A stretch of DNA of 39,195 nt, from the sequence record MT740315.1, one strand, 5' to 3'. Origin of the DNA: Escherichia phage JEP4. The notes beneath the pieces were generated by a model. The model searched no databases. It saw only the letters and a program-made list of their open reading frames with translations, and was not told where the DNA came from. This document shows, piece by piece, positions 20,035-28,013 of this stretch. How positions within the stretch are numbered: the stretch's first letter is position 1; each line of letters opens with the position of its first letter. A program made the position numbers and the translations under genes.

Positions 20035-20079
20035 TTGACAAAAAATTAGCGCAAGAAGACAAAAAATCACCTTGCGCTA
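20035..20079 (-). terminator. tI/sib-like terminator hairpin downstream of int transcript
   Basis: Perfect 10-bp inverted repeat TTAGCGCAAG...CTTGCGCTAA followed on the minus strand by TTTTTTG; position beyond the attP P arm as in lambda. Confidence 0.6.
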
Positions 20080-20330
20080 ATGCCCTGTCTCAGGTCACTA
20101 ATACTATCTAAGTAGTTGATTTATAGTGACTGGATATGTTGTGTTTTGTCGCATTATGCAGTCTATTTTTTAGACTAAAGATAATGTAATGCATTGATAT
20201 TAATGGTTTTTAATGTTTCACGTTCAGCTTTTTTATACTAAGTAGGCATTATAAAAAAGCATTGCTTATCAATTTGTTGCAACGAACAGGTCACTATCAG
20301 TCAAAATAAAATCATTATTTGATTTCAATT
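20080..20330. other. attP: attP (lambda-type), core GCTTTTTTATACTAA at 20227-20241
   Basis: Lambda common core 15-mer present; P-arm arm-type site CAGGTCACTAATAC and P-prime arm CAGGTCACTATCAGTCAAAATAAAATCATTATTTG adjacent to int. Confidence 0.8.
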
Positions 20331-21385
20331 TTGTCCCACTCCCTGCCTCTGTCATCACGATACTGTGATGCCATGGTGTCCGACTTATGCCCGAGAAGAT
20401 GTTGAGCAAACTTATCGCTTATCTGCTTCTCATAGAGTCTTGCAGACAAACTGCGCAACTCGTGAAAGGTAGGCGGATCCCCTTCGAAGGAAAGACCTGA
20501 TGCTTTTCGTGCGCGCATAAAATACCTTGATACTGTGCCGGATGAAAGCGGTTCACGACGAGTAGATGCAATTATGGTTTCTCCGCCAAGAATCTCTTTG
20601 CATTTATCAAGTGTTTCCTTCATTGATATTCCGAGAGCATCAACATGCAATGTTGTAGGGATGGCAATTTTTACGCCTGTTTTGCTTTGCTCGACGTAAA
20701 GATATCCATCTACGATATCAGACCACTTCATTTCGCATAAATCACCAACTCGCTGCCCGGTAACAACAGCCAGTTCCATTGCAAGTCTTAACCAACATGG
20801 TGATGATTCTGCTGCTTGATAAATTTTCAGGTATTCGTCAGCCGTAAGTCTTGATCTCCTTACCTCTGATTTTGCTGCGCGAGTGGCAGCGACAGGGTTT
20901 GTTGTTATATGGCCTTCAGCTATTGCCTCTCGGAATGCATCGCTCAGTGTTGATCTGATTAACTTGGCTGACGCAGCCTTGCCCTCGTCTATGTATCCAT
21001 TGAGCATTGCCGCAATTTCTTTTGTGGTGATGTCTTCAAGTGGAGCATCAGGCAGACCCCTCCTTATTGCTTTAATTTTGCTCATGTAATTTATGAGTGT
21101 CTTCTGCTTGATTCCTCTGCTGGCGAGGATTTTTTCGTAGCGATCAAGCCATGAATGTAACGTAACAGAATTATCACTGTTGATTCTCGCTGTCAGAGGC
21201 TTGTGTTTGTGTCCTGAAAATAACTCAATGTTGGCCTGTATAGCTTCAGTGATTGCTATCCTCCTGTCTCGGCCTAATCCAAACTCTTTACCCGTCCTTG
21301 GGTCCCTGTAGCAGTAATATCCATTGTTTCTTATATAAAGGTTAGGGGGTAAATCCCGGCGCTCATGACTTCGCCTTCTTCCCAT
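20315..21385 (-). CDS. int: Integrase (tyrosine recombinase), lambda Int-type
   Basis: 356 aa beginning MGRRRSHERRDLPPNLYIRNNGYYCYRDPRTGKEFGLG, matching lambda Int essentially throughout as recalled. Confidence 0.95.
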   Translation of the reverse strand: MGRRRSHERRDLPPNLYIRNNGYYCYRDPRTGKEFGLGRDRRIAITEAIQANIELFSGHKHKPLTARINSDNSVTLHSWLDRYEKILASRGIKQKTLINYMSKIKAIRRGLPDAPLEDITTKEIAAMLNGYIDEGKAASAKLIRSTLSDAFREAIAEGHITTNPVAATRAAKSEVRRSRLTADEYLKIYQAAESSPCWLRLAMELAVVTGQRVGDLCEMKWSDIVDGYLYVEQSKTGVKIAIPTTLHVDALGISMKETLDKCKEILGGETIIASTRREPLSSGTVSRYFMRARKASGLSFEGDPPTFHELRSLSARLYEKQISDKFAQHLLGHKSDTMASQYRDDRGREWDKIEIK

Positions 21386-21581
21386 TTCTGATCCTCTTCA
21401 AAAGGCTACCTGTTACTGGTCGATTTAAGTCAACCTTTACCGCTGATTCGTGGAACAGATACTCTCTTCCATCCTTAACCGGAGGAGGGAATATCCTGCA
21501 TTCGCGCACCCATCGACGAACTGTTTCAAGGCTTCTTGGGCGTCGCTGGCGAGCGTTCCACTCCTGAAGTGTCAAGTACAT
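21363..21581 (-). CDS. xis: Excisionase, lambda Xis-type
   Basis: 72 aa MYLTLQEWNARQRRPRSLETVRRWVRECRIFPPPVKDGREYLF; 23-nt overlap with int as in lambda. Confidence 0.9.
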   Translation of the reverse strand: MYLTLQEWNARQRRPRSLETVRRWVRECRIFPPPVKDGREYLFHESAVKVDLNRPVTGSLLKRIRNGKKAKS

Positions 21582-21620
21582 CGCAAAGTCTCCGCAATTA
21601 CACGCAAGAAAAAACCGCCA

Positions 21621-21788
21621 TCAGGCGGCTTGGTGTTCTTTCAGTTCTTCAATTCGAATATTGGTTATGTCTGCATGTGCTATCTGCGCCCATATTATCC
21701 AGTGGTCATAGCAGTCGTTGATGTTCTCTGCTTCGATAACTCTGTTGAATGGCTCTCCATTCCATTCACCTGTGACTCTGAAGTGCAT
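21621..21788 (-). CDS. Small hypothetical protein (55 aa; below ORF-track cutoff)
   Basis: Read directly: MHFRVTGEWNGEPFNRVIEAENINDCYDHWIIWAQIAHADITNIRIEELKEHQAA; same position as the small ORF next to xis in lambda. Confidence 0.45.
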   Translation of the reverse strand: MHFRVTGEWNGEPFNRVIEAENINDCYDHWIIWAQIAHADITNIRIEELKEHQAA

Positions 21789-21946
21789 TTATCATCTACA
21801 TAAAACAAAACCCGCCGTAGCGAGTTCAGATAAAAGAAATCCCTGCGAGTGCGAGGAATGTTATTGTCTTTTCTTCGTGCATTTGTCGCACTTTCGGAAC
21901 CATCCAGATAGGCGCATCCGTCCGCGATTAACACATATAGGCCACA

Positions 21947-22228
21947 TCATTTTTCCTCTTTTGGTTTATGAATCTGAATGGTCATGCCGCTTTGAGTGGT
22001 GACTACAATGACAGAACTAGGCTGAAGGCTGTTAAGATTGAATGCTTCGTAAAACGAATCCAATGCCAGTGCTTTTTTATTCTTTCTGTTCCACCAACGC
22101 CATCCCTTGCTACAGGCCATGTTGACAATCCACTGCCCACTCCTGTAAGCCATATAAAACCAGATGAGCAAAACCTGAAGGAATGCTATCCAGTCAATAA
22201 TCGTATATTTCGCGAAGGAGTCCATCAT
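21947..22228 (-). CDS. Hypothetical membrane protein (93 aa), positional equivalent of lambda ea8.5
   Basis: Internal start MMDSFAKYTIIDWIAFLQVLLIWFYMAY with hydrophobic segment; 282 nt as lambda ea8.5; identity not verified. Confidence 0.45.
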   Translation of the reverse strand: MMDSFAKYTIIDWIAFLQVLLIWFYMAYRSGQWIVNMACSKGWRWWNRKNKKALALDSFYEAFNLNSLQPSSVIVVTTQSGMTIQIHKPKEEK

Positions 22229-23058
22229 TTCGCCTCCTGCGGCGGTTCTGGTAGCGGCATCCAGAACAAGGCGTTCCCTAACCACGATAAAGTGCCGTCG
22301 CTCAACTCCACGTATTCCCCTTGTACCTGTCCTGCCATATACTCGCCGTGCTTTGAATAAATTAAAATCCAATCATCTTGAGGGGGCATTCGCTCACTAC
22401 AGCTTATCCAACCATCCGGAGTTACCGGATAGTTGCCCGATAGTGCATTCTGCTCCAGTGATGCTTTTACAAACCACGCTGCCTGAACTATAACGCCATG
22501 AATCCAGCGCAAATCAGCATCGCGATCTTTCTTTTTCATCTTTTCGCCACTTAAGGCCTTGCTTATGTGGCTGCATACCAGGTCTTCATGTAATTCCTTC
22601 GCCTCCTCAATGGTGAAACCACCAGGCAGAAGAGCCGGAGTTACCGGAGAGCTGGTTGACGCTTCCGGGATTTTCCGAAAATTATTGGTTGACGAATCTT
22701 TATTTTCCCGAAAGTTTCCGGACTGAAGCATGGCTTCGCGGCAATCGTTCCAGCCTGTAGCGTATGCAGCCGCTTTGCTGCTGCCTTCAACTGGCGCATC
22801 CTGCCAATACATTTCTTCCGGCACTACCTGCACCTGAGGGGTGGCGTAGAGTGGAATTCCTCCCCCTCCACCAGAAAATTCATTGCGAGCGTTATACTCA
22901 CGACCATCTGCGTCATCACGCATCCACGCCACCGGTTCTGCTTCCAGCGATGCCAGGGCGATTTCATAAGCCCGGCGTTCAATATTGTCTCGAACGTCCA
23001 GGCTGCTGATACGCTCTTTGATTTCTTTAATCAGTTCTTTGTCGGTTAAAGTGGTCAT
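22225..23058 (-). CDS. Hypothetical protein with C-terminal DUF551-like domain
   Basis: 277 aa; C-terminal WISCSERMPPQDDWILIY motif typical of DUF551 in lambdoid early-left regions (recalled). Confidence 0.55.
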   Translation of the reverse strand: MTTLTDKELIKEIKERISSLDVRDNIERRAYEIALASLEAEPVAWMRDDADGREYNARNEFSGGGGGIPLYATPQVQVVPEEMYWQDAPVEGSSKAAAYATGWNDCREAMLQSGNFRENKDSSTNNFRKIPEASTSSPVTPALLPGGFTIEEAKELHEDLVCSHISKALSGEKMKKKDRDADLRWIHGVIVQAAWFVKASLEQNALSGNYPVTPDGWISCSERMPPQDDWILIYSKHGEYMAGQVQGEYVELSDGTLSWLGNALFWMPLPEPPQEAK

Positions 23059-23068
23059 AAATTATGCC

Positions 23069-23305
23069 TCAGTTGTATCCGATTGGATTAACCGCAACAA
23101 TAACGCCATCCGCGAACAAATCTTTAATGAGGTGTTCGCTCGGCTCGCCTTTTTCGTACTCTTCAATAAGGTAAGTGTCTCCATCCTCATTGATATAAAC
23201 TGGAAGAATGGAACCGTTGATGAAGTAGGTTCCGTTGTTATCGAGGATTTTTGCCTCGGCGATTTGTTTTTTGGTAAAACGATCTTCTTTTTTCAAAGTT
23301 GCCAT
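23069..23305 (-). CDS. Hypothetical protein (78 aa)
   Basis: ORF in leftward early operon, tightly packed with neighbours. Confidence 0.45.
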   Translation of the reverse strand: MATLKKEDRFTKKQIAEAKILDNNGTYFINGSILPVYINEDGDTYLIEEYEKGEPSEHLIKDLFADGVIVAVNPIGYN

Positions 23306-23306
23306 A

Positions 23307-24014
23307 TCACTCTCCTTTGATGCGAATGCCAGCGGCGCGGATTGCAGCGATGACTTCAGAAACTTTGTATGCCATTACCGTTTGGTAATCATCGTGAAAA
23401 TCTGTTCGATGAAGCATGCTGCTACGTTCCGGGAGCGATATTTCCCGAGCATCCAGTTCCTTAACGCGTTCCTCCAGTTCGTAGACCCTGCATTGTTCTC
23501 TATCATCAATCAGATATAACCCAAGACATTCGCTTTCTACCCAACCGCCAAAATCATGATCGTAACGCTCACATGAAAACTCACCGTCACCGTCCTTTGT
23601 TGGAATTGTGTAACTATCTAATGGGCCACCATATGTCGGCACATTCCCCAATGTTGGATGCTCAATCCACATGAAAAATGCACGTCCGGTTATTGGGCAA
23701 ATATCTGGCCGCCATTGGTTACGAACAGCCTTGGTTTCGGATAATTCTTCAGCGTGTTGTTTTACTTCCTCAAGCTCAACTCTCAGCTTCCCTACCGTTA
23801 GCGCAATATCCTCGTTCTCCTGGTCGCGGCGTTTGATGTATTGCTGGTTCCTTTCCCGTTCATCCAGCAATGCCCGCGCGATATCTGGCGAAAAGTGCTT
23901 CATAAAATCGTTAAGCGCATTAATTCGCTGATCGAAAGGCATTACAGGTGCTTCACCAGCAATTTTTGTTTTTTCAGCGATTTCACGAAGCTTTTGATAA
24001 TCAATCTTGCTCAC
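23307..24014 (-). CDS. Ead/Ea22-like protein
   Basis: 235 aa; N-terminus [16 protein letters not shown] resembles the Ead/Ea22 family signature as recalled; coiled-coil middle. Confidence 0.5.
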   Translation of the reverse strand: MSKIDYQKLREIAEKTKIAGEAPVMPFDQRINALNDFMKHFSPDIARALLDERERNQQYIKRRDQENEDIALTVGKLRVELEEVKQHAEELSETKAVRNQWRPDICPITGRAFFMWIEHPTLGNVPTYGGPLDSYTIPTKDGDGEFSCERYDHDFGGWVESECLGLYLIDDREQCRVYELEERVKELDAREISLPERSSMLHRTDFHDDYQTVMAYKVSEVIAAIRAAGIRIKGE

Positions 24015-24466
24015 TGGTTGCCTCCTTTGCGAAGCTCAGCGGCGAAGGCTACTGCGTGATCATGATGTTCAAGTGTGTATGCACACTCCGCAAACATCTC
24101 CACCCCCTGCGCCCGTACTTCAGCCAGAAAAGCATCGGTGGCTGGGGTTTTGATTTCGTTAAGCGCATCACTGAATCCACCACGCTCCATACCTAGCTCT
24201 GCTTCGTAATCGGCATCGAATGCAGCGTCTTTGCAGAACTTCTTCATCCCCGCACTCTCCGCTGCCAGCGCCGCGCACTTGGCCTCAAGGTTATCAATCG
24301 TGATTCCAGCAGAACGACACTCCCGCAACGCCGTTTCTAGTTTTGATTCAAGTTCACCGAACTTACGGACAAGATATTCAGCGTTTGTTTCGTTAACCTT
24401 TAAATCACTTGGGATGCATTTACCTTTCAGAAATCCATCCATCTCAATTAGTGTCATTTGTTTCAT
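24011..24466 (-). CDS. Hypothetical protein (about 151 aa)
   Basis: ORF with ATGA-type overlap to upstream gene if started at [12 protein letters not shown]. Confidence 0.45.
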   Translation of the reverse strand: MKQMTLIEMDGFLKGKCIPSDLKVNETNAEYLVRKFGELESKLETALRECRSAGITIDNLEAKCAALAAESAGMKKFCKDAAFDADYEAELGMERGGFSDALNEIKTPATDAFLAEVRAQGVEMFAECAYTLEHHDHAVAFAAELRKGGNQ

Positions 24467-24645
24467 TTCTTCCCACTCCGCCACATCGCATTCAGATATT
24501 TGTTTTGATTCACTGATGGAAAAGAATTTCTCTTAAGCAATTCCTCTCTCGATGGCATTGGCTTTACGCGTTGGCGAATAATCATTTCTGCTGGAAGAAT
24601 GCCGGGATTGTATGCAAGTCCTCTCATGGTAAATTCCTCAGTCAT
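24463..24645 (-). CDS. Hypothetical small protein (about 60 aa)
   Basis: Short ORF filling the gap between neighbours in the same operon; weak support. Confidence 0.3.
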   Translation of the reverse strand: MTEEFTMRGLAYNPGILPAEMIIRQRVKPMPSREELLKRNSFPSVNQNKYLNAMWRSGKK

Positions 24646-24934
24646 TACTGATAGCGCCATAGCGTGATCGGTAATTACGCAGGCGCGGGTCGATATATTC
24701 AGGGAATTTGTCTATTGTCGCTTTTCGCAACGGTCTCATTGCTGTTTCGTTTGTTCGGTCCTTCTCCTGTTTTAGCGCGAGTTGTATATCGCGTCGGTAC
24801 ATCCGTTCTGCTTTTGTTTCTGGTGTCAGAGCAAGAAACGCGTCGAAATTGTTTTTGATATTTTCCAGCACCTCCGCCTTGGAGCTACCGGAGCAATTGC
24901 GCGGGTCATCCGCACCATACAGAGGCGCTGGCAT
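24638..24934 (-). CDS. Hypothetical protein (98 aa), downstream of recombination genes
   Basis: [36 protein letters not shown]...; sits where anti-RecBCD (abc) genes follow the recombinase in P22; function not established. Confidence 0.5.
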   Translation of the reverse strand: MPAPLYGADDPRNCSGSSKAEVLENIKNNFDAFLALTPETKAERMYRRDIQLALKQEKDRTNETAMRPLRKATIDKFPEYIDPRLRNYRSRYGAISND

Positions 24935-24957
24935 AATGGGAGCCTTATTTTCAATAA

Positions 24958-25545
24958 TCAGAAAGGAGGGTAATCGTTCTGGCTGTAACCATAATCATCT
25001 GCATGATTCTGGCTTACGTTTTTAGAGCGATTGTCTTTATCTTTGAGGCTGGCAACCATGTTGGCGATAGTTTCTGGTTGCTTGCCTTCCGCCTTTTCTT
25101 TAAGGGTTTGACCTGTTTGTGCAATAAACGGGATGCGTATTTCCATCTGGTAGCTGTCTGCGCCAGTCTTTTTGTTTGTGGTTAATACTTTCTGGAGCAC
25201 TAACCCGATTTTCTTTCCATGAAACTCAGGAGCAACAAATTTACTGGCGGAAACCATATGTTGCGTTAATTGTCCAATCCCGGCACACCCCATCATGGCG
25301 TGAACGACATTTGCGCCAAATTTGTTTTCCGTTCCGTCATTTTTCTGAACACAGACGCTAAGATATTGGATTTTACGTCCGTCGTCAGATTCGCCAGAAA
25401 ACTCAATAAATTTGGCTCCTTTTTCTGATTGCTTTAGTTCTGCTTCAGTAATGGTAATGATATGAGCACCAGTTTCGTTAATAAAACCACCTTGCCCTGC
25501 GGTCAGTGCTGCTTCTTCGTTATAAGTAAAAATCACGTTGCTCAT
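24958..25545 (-). CDS. Putative single-strand DNA-binding protein (atypical)
   Basis: 195 aa; C-terminal acidic/aromatic tail DDYGYSQNDYPPF resembling the SSB DDDIPF tail; adjacent to Sak4-like ATPase. Confidence 0.45.
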   Translation of the reverse strand: MSNVIFTYNEEAALTAGQGGFINETGAHIITITEAELKQSEKGAKFIEFSGESDDGRKIQYLSVCVQKNDGTENKFGANVVHAMMGCAGIGQLTQHMVSASKFVAPEFHGKKIGLVLQKVLTTNKKTGADSYQMEIRIPFIAQTGQTLKEKAEGKQPETIANMVASLKDKDNRSKNVSQNHADDYGYSQNDYPPF

Positions 25546-26222
25546 GCGGCGTTTTCCTTAATTTGATGAACATTATTGATGCCGTAGTAATCACAAACAG
25601 TGGCATCGACGAAAGAGAGATCGTTATCAATCTCATTAGAATCAAACATTCCCATTGGGGATTTAACAGTGTCTGCACCGTTGTTTTTCGTGGTGAAAAA
25701 GAACTGGTCATCGCGGGTAAGGGTGCGAAGAACTATAGTAAACATGCCTTCGACAGTGATTTTCTCGTCCAGCATTTTGCCGATAGTCTTCATTTTCACA
25801 CGCCCCATAGGGGTTTCTTCGGTGTGCGCAAGAAAATAGACTCTCAGGTCATCAGGTGCATCCTGTGCAGCCTTAATCACCTCCCATGCGTGGCGGCCTA
25901 TCTCAGTGAATTTATCAAACGATTTTTCTTCTGAGCGGCGCATAAACTCATTGCTCATCACATACTGGAAGTCATCAACAATAACGATTCTTTTCCCGTA
26001 TTCGTGAGCACGCTTAATTACGGCAACTATTACGTCCCATTTGTCAGTGGTAACTACGGTTCCTTTTTTTGCTCTGGCATCCCATGCCAGCCAGTCTTTT
26101 GATTTAAATGGAAGCGGCTTGCCTATTGGTTTTATAAGTATTGCTTCCTCTGGATTGATATTTCTCATGCTGGTTGATTTTCCGGTGCCAGATTCACCGA
26201 GTATTAATGTCGCAGTTCCCAT
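25542..26222 (-). CDS. Sak4-like RecA-fold ATPase (recombination)
   Basis: Walker A GESGTGKST near N-terminus, Walker B IVIVDDF; about 226 aa, size and location typical of phage Sak4. Confidence 0.7.
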   Translation of the reverse strand: MGTATLILGESGTGKSTSMRNINPEEAILIKPIGKPLPFKSKDWLAWDARAKKGTVVTTDKWDVIVAVIKRAHEYGKRIVIVDDFQYVMSNEFMRRSEEKSFDKFTEIGRHAWEVIKAAQDAPDDLRVYFLAHTEETPMGRVKMKTIGKMLDEKITVEGMFTIVLRTLTRDDQFFFTTKNNGADTVKSPMGMFDSNEIDNDLSFVDATVCDYYGINNVHQIKENAA

Positions 26223-26230
26223 AATTTGCC

Positions 26231-26419
26231 TCAGAATGGTAATTCGGATGGGGAGGAAAGAAACTCACGCTCATTCATGCGCTCTCTTTGTGCCTGCCAT
26301 AAGCAAAGTTGTTTCTTTGATTTATCTCCCGCTTTACGCCAGTAACGAGCCTCAGCAATGTGATATTCTCTTTTTAATCGACTTAATTCTGGAGTTTTCG
26401 CCAGTTCTACCGGAATCAT
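26231..26419 (-). CDS. Hypothetical protein (about 62 aa)
   Basis: Start MIPVELAKT preceded by GGAGG SD embedded in kil 3-prime end. Confidence 0.4.
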   Translation of the reverse strand: MIPVELAKTPELSRLKREYHIAEARYWRKAGDKSKKQLCLWQAQRERMNEREFLSSPSELPF

Positions 26420-26529
26420 TTTGACCTCCATTTTCTGTAGGCTTCGATGGCCTCACGAAACATCTTTTCATCGCCAATAAAAGTGGCGATAGTGAATTTA
26501 GTCTGGATAGCCATAAGTGTTTTATCCAT
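26416..26529 (-). CDS. kil: Kil-like host cell-division inhibitor (37 aa)
   Basis: MDKTLMAIQTKFTIATFIGDEKMFREAIEAYRKW matches recalled lambda Kil N-terminus; start overlaps cIII stop. Confidence 0.6.
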   Translation of the reverse strand: MDKTLMAIQTKFTIATFIGDEKMFREAIEAYRKWRSK

Positions 26530-26662
26530 TTTTGGGAACTCCTGGCTGATTAAGTACGTCGATGAGTCGTTTCCATCCGTCACGTAATTTACGGGTGATT
26601 CGTTCAAGTAAAGATTCGGAAGGGCAGCCAGCAACAGGCCACCCTGCAATGGCATATTGCAT
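26522..26662 (-). CDS. cIII: CIII-like protease inhibitor (46 aa)
   Basis: MQYAIAGWPVAGCPSESLLERITRKLRDGWKRLIDVLNQPGVPKNG matches lambda CIII; ORF-track 26722 start is an extension. Confidence 0.75.
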   Translation of the reverse strand: MQYAIAGWPVAGCPSESLLERITRKLRDGWKRLIDVLNQPGVPKNG

Positions 26663-26722
26663 GGTGTGCTCCTTATTTATACATAACGAAAACGCCTCGA
26701 GTGAAGCGTTATTGGTATGCAT

Positions 26723-26748
26723 ATAAAAAAGCCCTCACATCGGAGGGC
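26723..26748 (-). terminator. Rho-independent terminator in leftward operon (tL-like), upstream of cIII
   Basis: On minus strand GCCCTC-cgatgt-GAGGGC followed by TTTTTTATAT. Confidence 0.6.
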
Positions 26749-26884
26749 AAAGAAGATTTCCAATAATCAGAACAAGTCGGCTCCTGTTTAGTTACGAGCG
26801 ACATTGCTCCGTGTATTCACTCGTTGGAATGAATGCACAGTGCAGTGTTTATTCTGTTGTTTATGCTAAAAATAAAGGCCACCA

Positions 26885-27136
26885 TCAGGCAGCCTTGTTG
26901 TAAATGTTGCAGGTATCAAGTAAGTAATTAGATGGAGCGCCATAAATTATGAATTCATCGTTTGTCGGGTCCATCTCCATCTCTTGGCCTATTGCCATTC
27001 TTGCGTCAGTGTCGTCAGCGGCGAAGCATAAAACAGCCCACGCACCCATTGTTTTAAAAAGAACTGCAATTGGCTGTGGTTTTACTGAATTTGCGTTAGC
27101 GCGAAAATCACAAATCGCACTTTCATGAAACTCCAT
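26885..27136 (-). CDS. Hypothetical protein (83 aa)
   Basis: ORF in the ral/ea10 position of the PL operon; C-terminal NKAA weakly recalls Ral but is not sufficient. Confidence 0.45.
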   Translation of the reverse strand: MEFHESAICDFRANANSVKPQPIAVLFKTMGAWAVLCFAADDTDARMAIGQEMEMDPTNDEFIIYGAPSNYLLDTCNIYNKAA

Positions 27137-27198
27137 ATCTCACCTCAAATAAGTGGTTTGCTGCCAAAACAATGAACCATCCGGAAATTCCAGATAGT

Positions 27199-27426
27199 TC
27201 ATAATTCACTCTTCAATACTTCCAACTTACTAATCGCCGATAGATATCCGCGCTGATAGGGCATCATCATTCCTTCGAGCTTGCCACTTCTTAACTCCTT
27301 CCTGAGCAATTGTATTGCTTGATCAATAACCTCTGCCTTAGCGTCCTTTATGGCTTGCTTGCGGGGCTTTGCTTTCTGCTTTGGCAGATTTCTCAAGCAT
27401 GATGGAATGTATGTCTGATTCATCAC
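27199..27426 (-). CDS. Hypothetical basic protein (75 aa)
   Basis: ORF immediately downstream of the N-like gene. Confidence 0.45.
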   Translation of the reverse strand: MMNQTYIPSCLRNLPKQKAKPRKQAIKDAKAEVIDQAIQLLRKELRSGKLEGMMMPYQRGYLSAISKLEVLKSEL

Positions 27427-27699
27427 TTACCTCGCTGTCAGTTGTTTTGATTTCCGGTAGCCTGCCGCGTAAATGGCTACGTTTGGCAGGCAAATACTTC
27501 CACTGCATTCATCTGCCTTCTTGCAGCGAAGGCTTCCGAGTGATGCTGCTTTATCTGCCCTGACGCAACCAGAGAGCTTTAGCGCAATTTTTCGTGCCAA
27601 TCGCTGTTCTTGCATTGCCTGTTCACGTTGAGCCTGTCTGCGTGCTCTGCGGCGATTTCTGGCGTTATCGTCAGCCAGATATGTAATGACTACTGTCAT
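27427..27699 (-). CDS. N-like transcription antiterminator with arginine-rich motif
   Basis: N-terminal ARM NARNRRRARRQAQREQ; GGAGG SD; first gene leftward of PL; nut sites with matching boxB on both arms. Confidence 0.6.
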   Translation of the reverse strand: MTVVITYLADDNARNRRRARRQAQREQAMQEQRLARKIALKLSGCVRADKAASLGSLRCKKADECSGSICLPNVAIYAAGYRKSKQLTAR

Positions 27700-27788
27700 G
27701 TTGACCTCCGATGATTGACTTTGGCGGTGACGCGCCGGGTGCTTATCTTCCGGTTGCCGTCGTGCAGCTGCACTTCACGCCACCCCAA

Positions 27789-27832
27789 AGCCAACTACTC
27801 TTTGGTTCCCGCATTTCGGCGGGACAATCCCA
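27789..27832 (-). promoter_or_regulatory. nutL (boxA-like AGCTCTTTAAC plus boxB hairpin)
   Basis: On minus strand GCTCTTTAAC followed by TCCCGC-CGAAAT-GCGGGA hairpin; identical boxB downstream of cro. Confidence 0.5.
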
Positions 27833-27893
27833 TCAATGTTAAAGAGCTTGCCAACCTGTTCCGTTTGGCTACCAGCGTCCTGCTGATGGCTTA

Positions 27894-27922
27894 AATTTAA
27901 GATCTCTTTAATTAATGGTCAA
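27894..27922 (-). promoter_or_regulatory. PL promoter with overlapping c2-type operator
   Basis: Minus strand TTGACC, 16-17 nt, TTAAAT/TAAATT; palindromic operator-like ATTTAAGATCTCTTTAAT overlapping. Confidence 0.4.
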
Positions 27923-27998
27923 GAGTATTTTTGAAGAAAACTTAAATTTTCTTTCGTAACTTAAGTTTGGCTTTGATTTTTAAAGGAAATAAAAAAAA

Positions 27999-28013
27999 GG
28001 GGCGAATGCCCCC
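27999..28013 (-). terminator. Hairpin with T-run immediately after c2 stop
   Basis: GGGGC-gaat-GCCCC flanked by A8 on plus strand, giving a T-run on the minus strand. Confidence 0.45.

Noticed and set aside
20080-20330. Possibility that the window is an integrated prophage with attL/attR at its ends
   Set aside because: attP is intact and central, and the window starts exactly at a gene start with no host-like flanking sequence.
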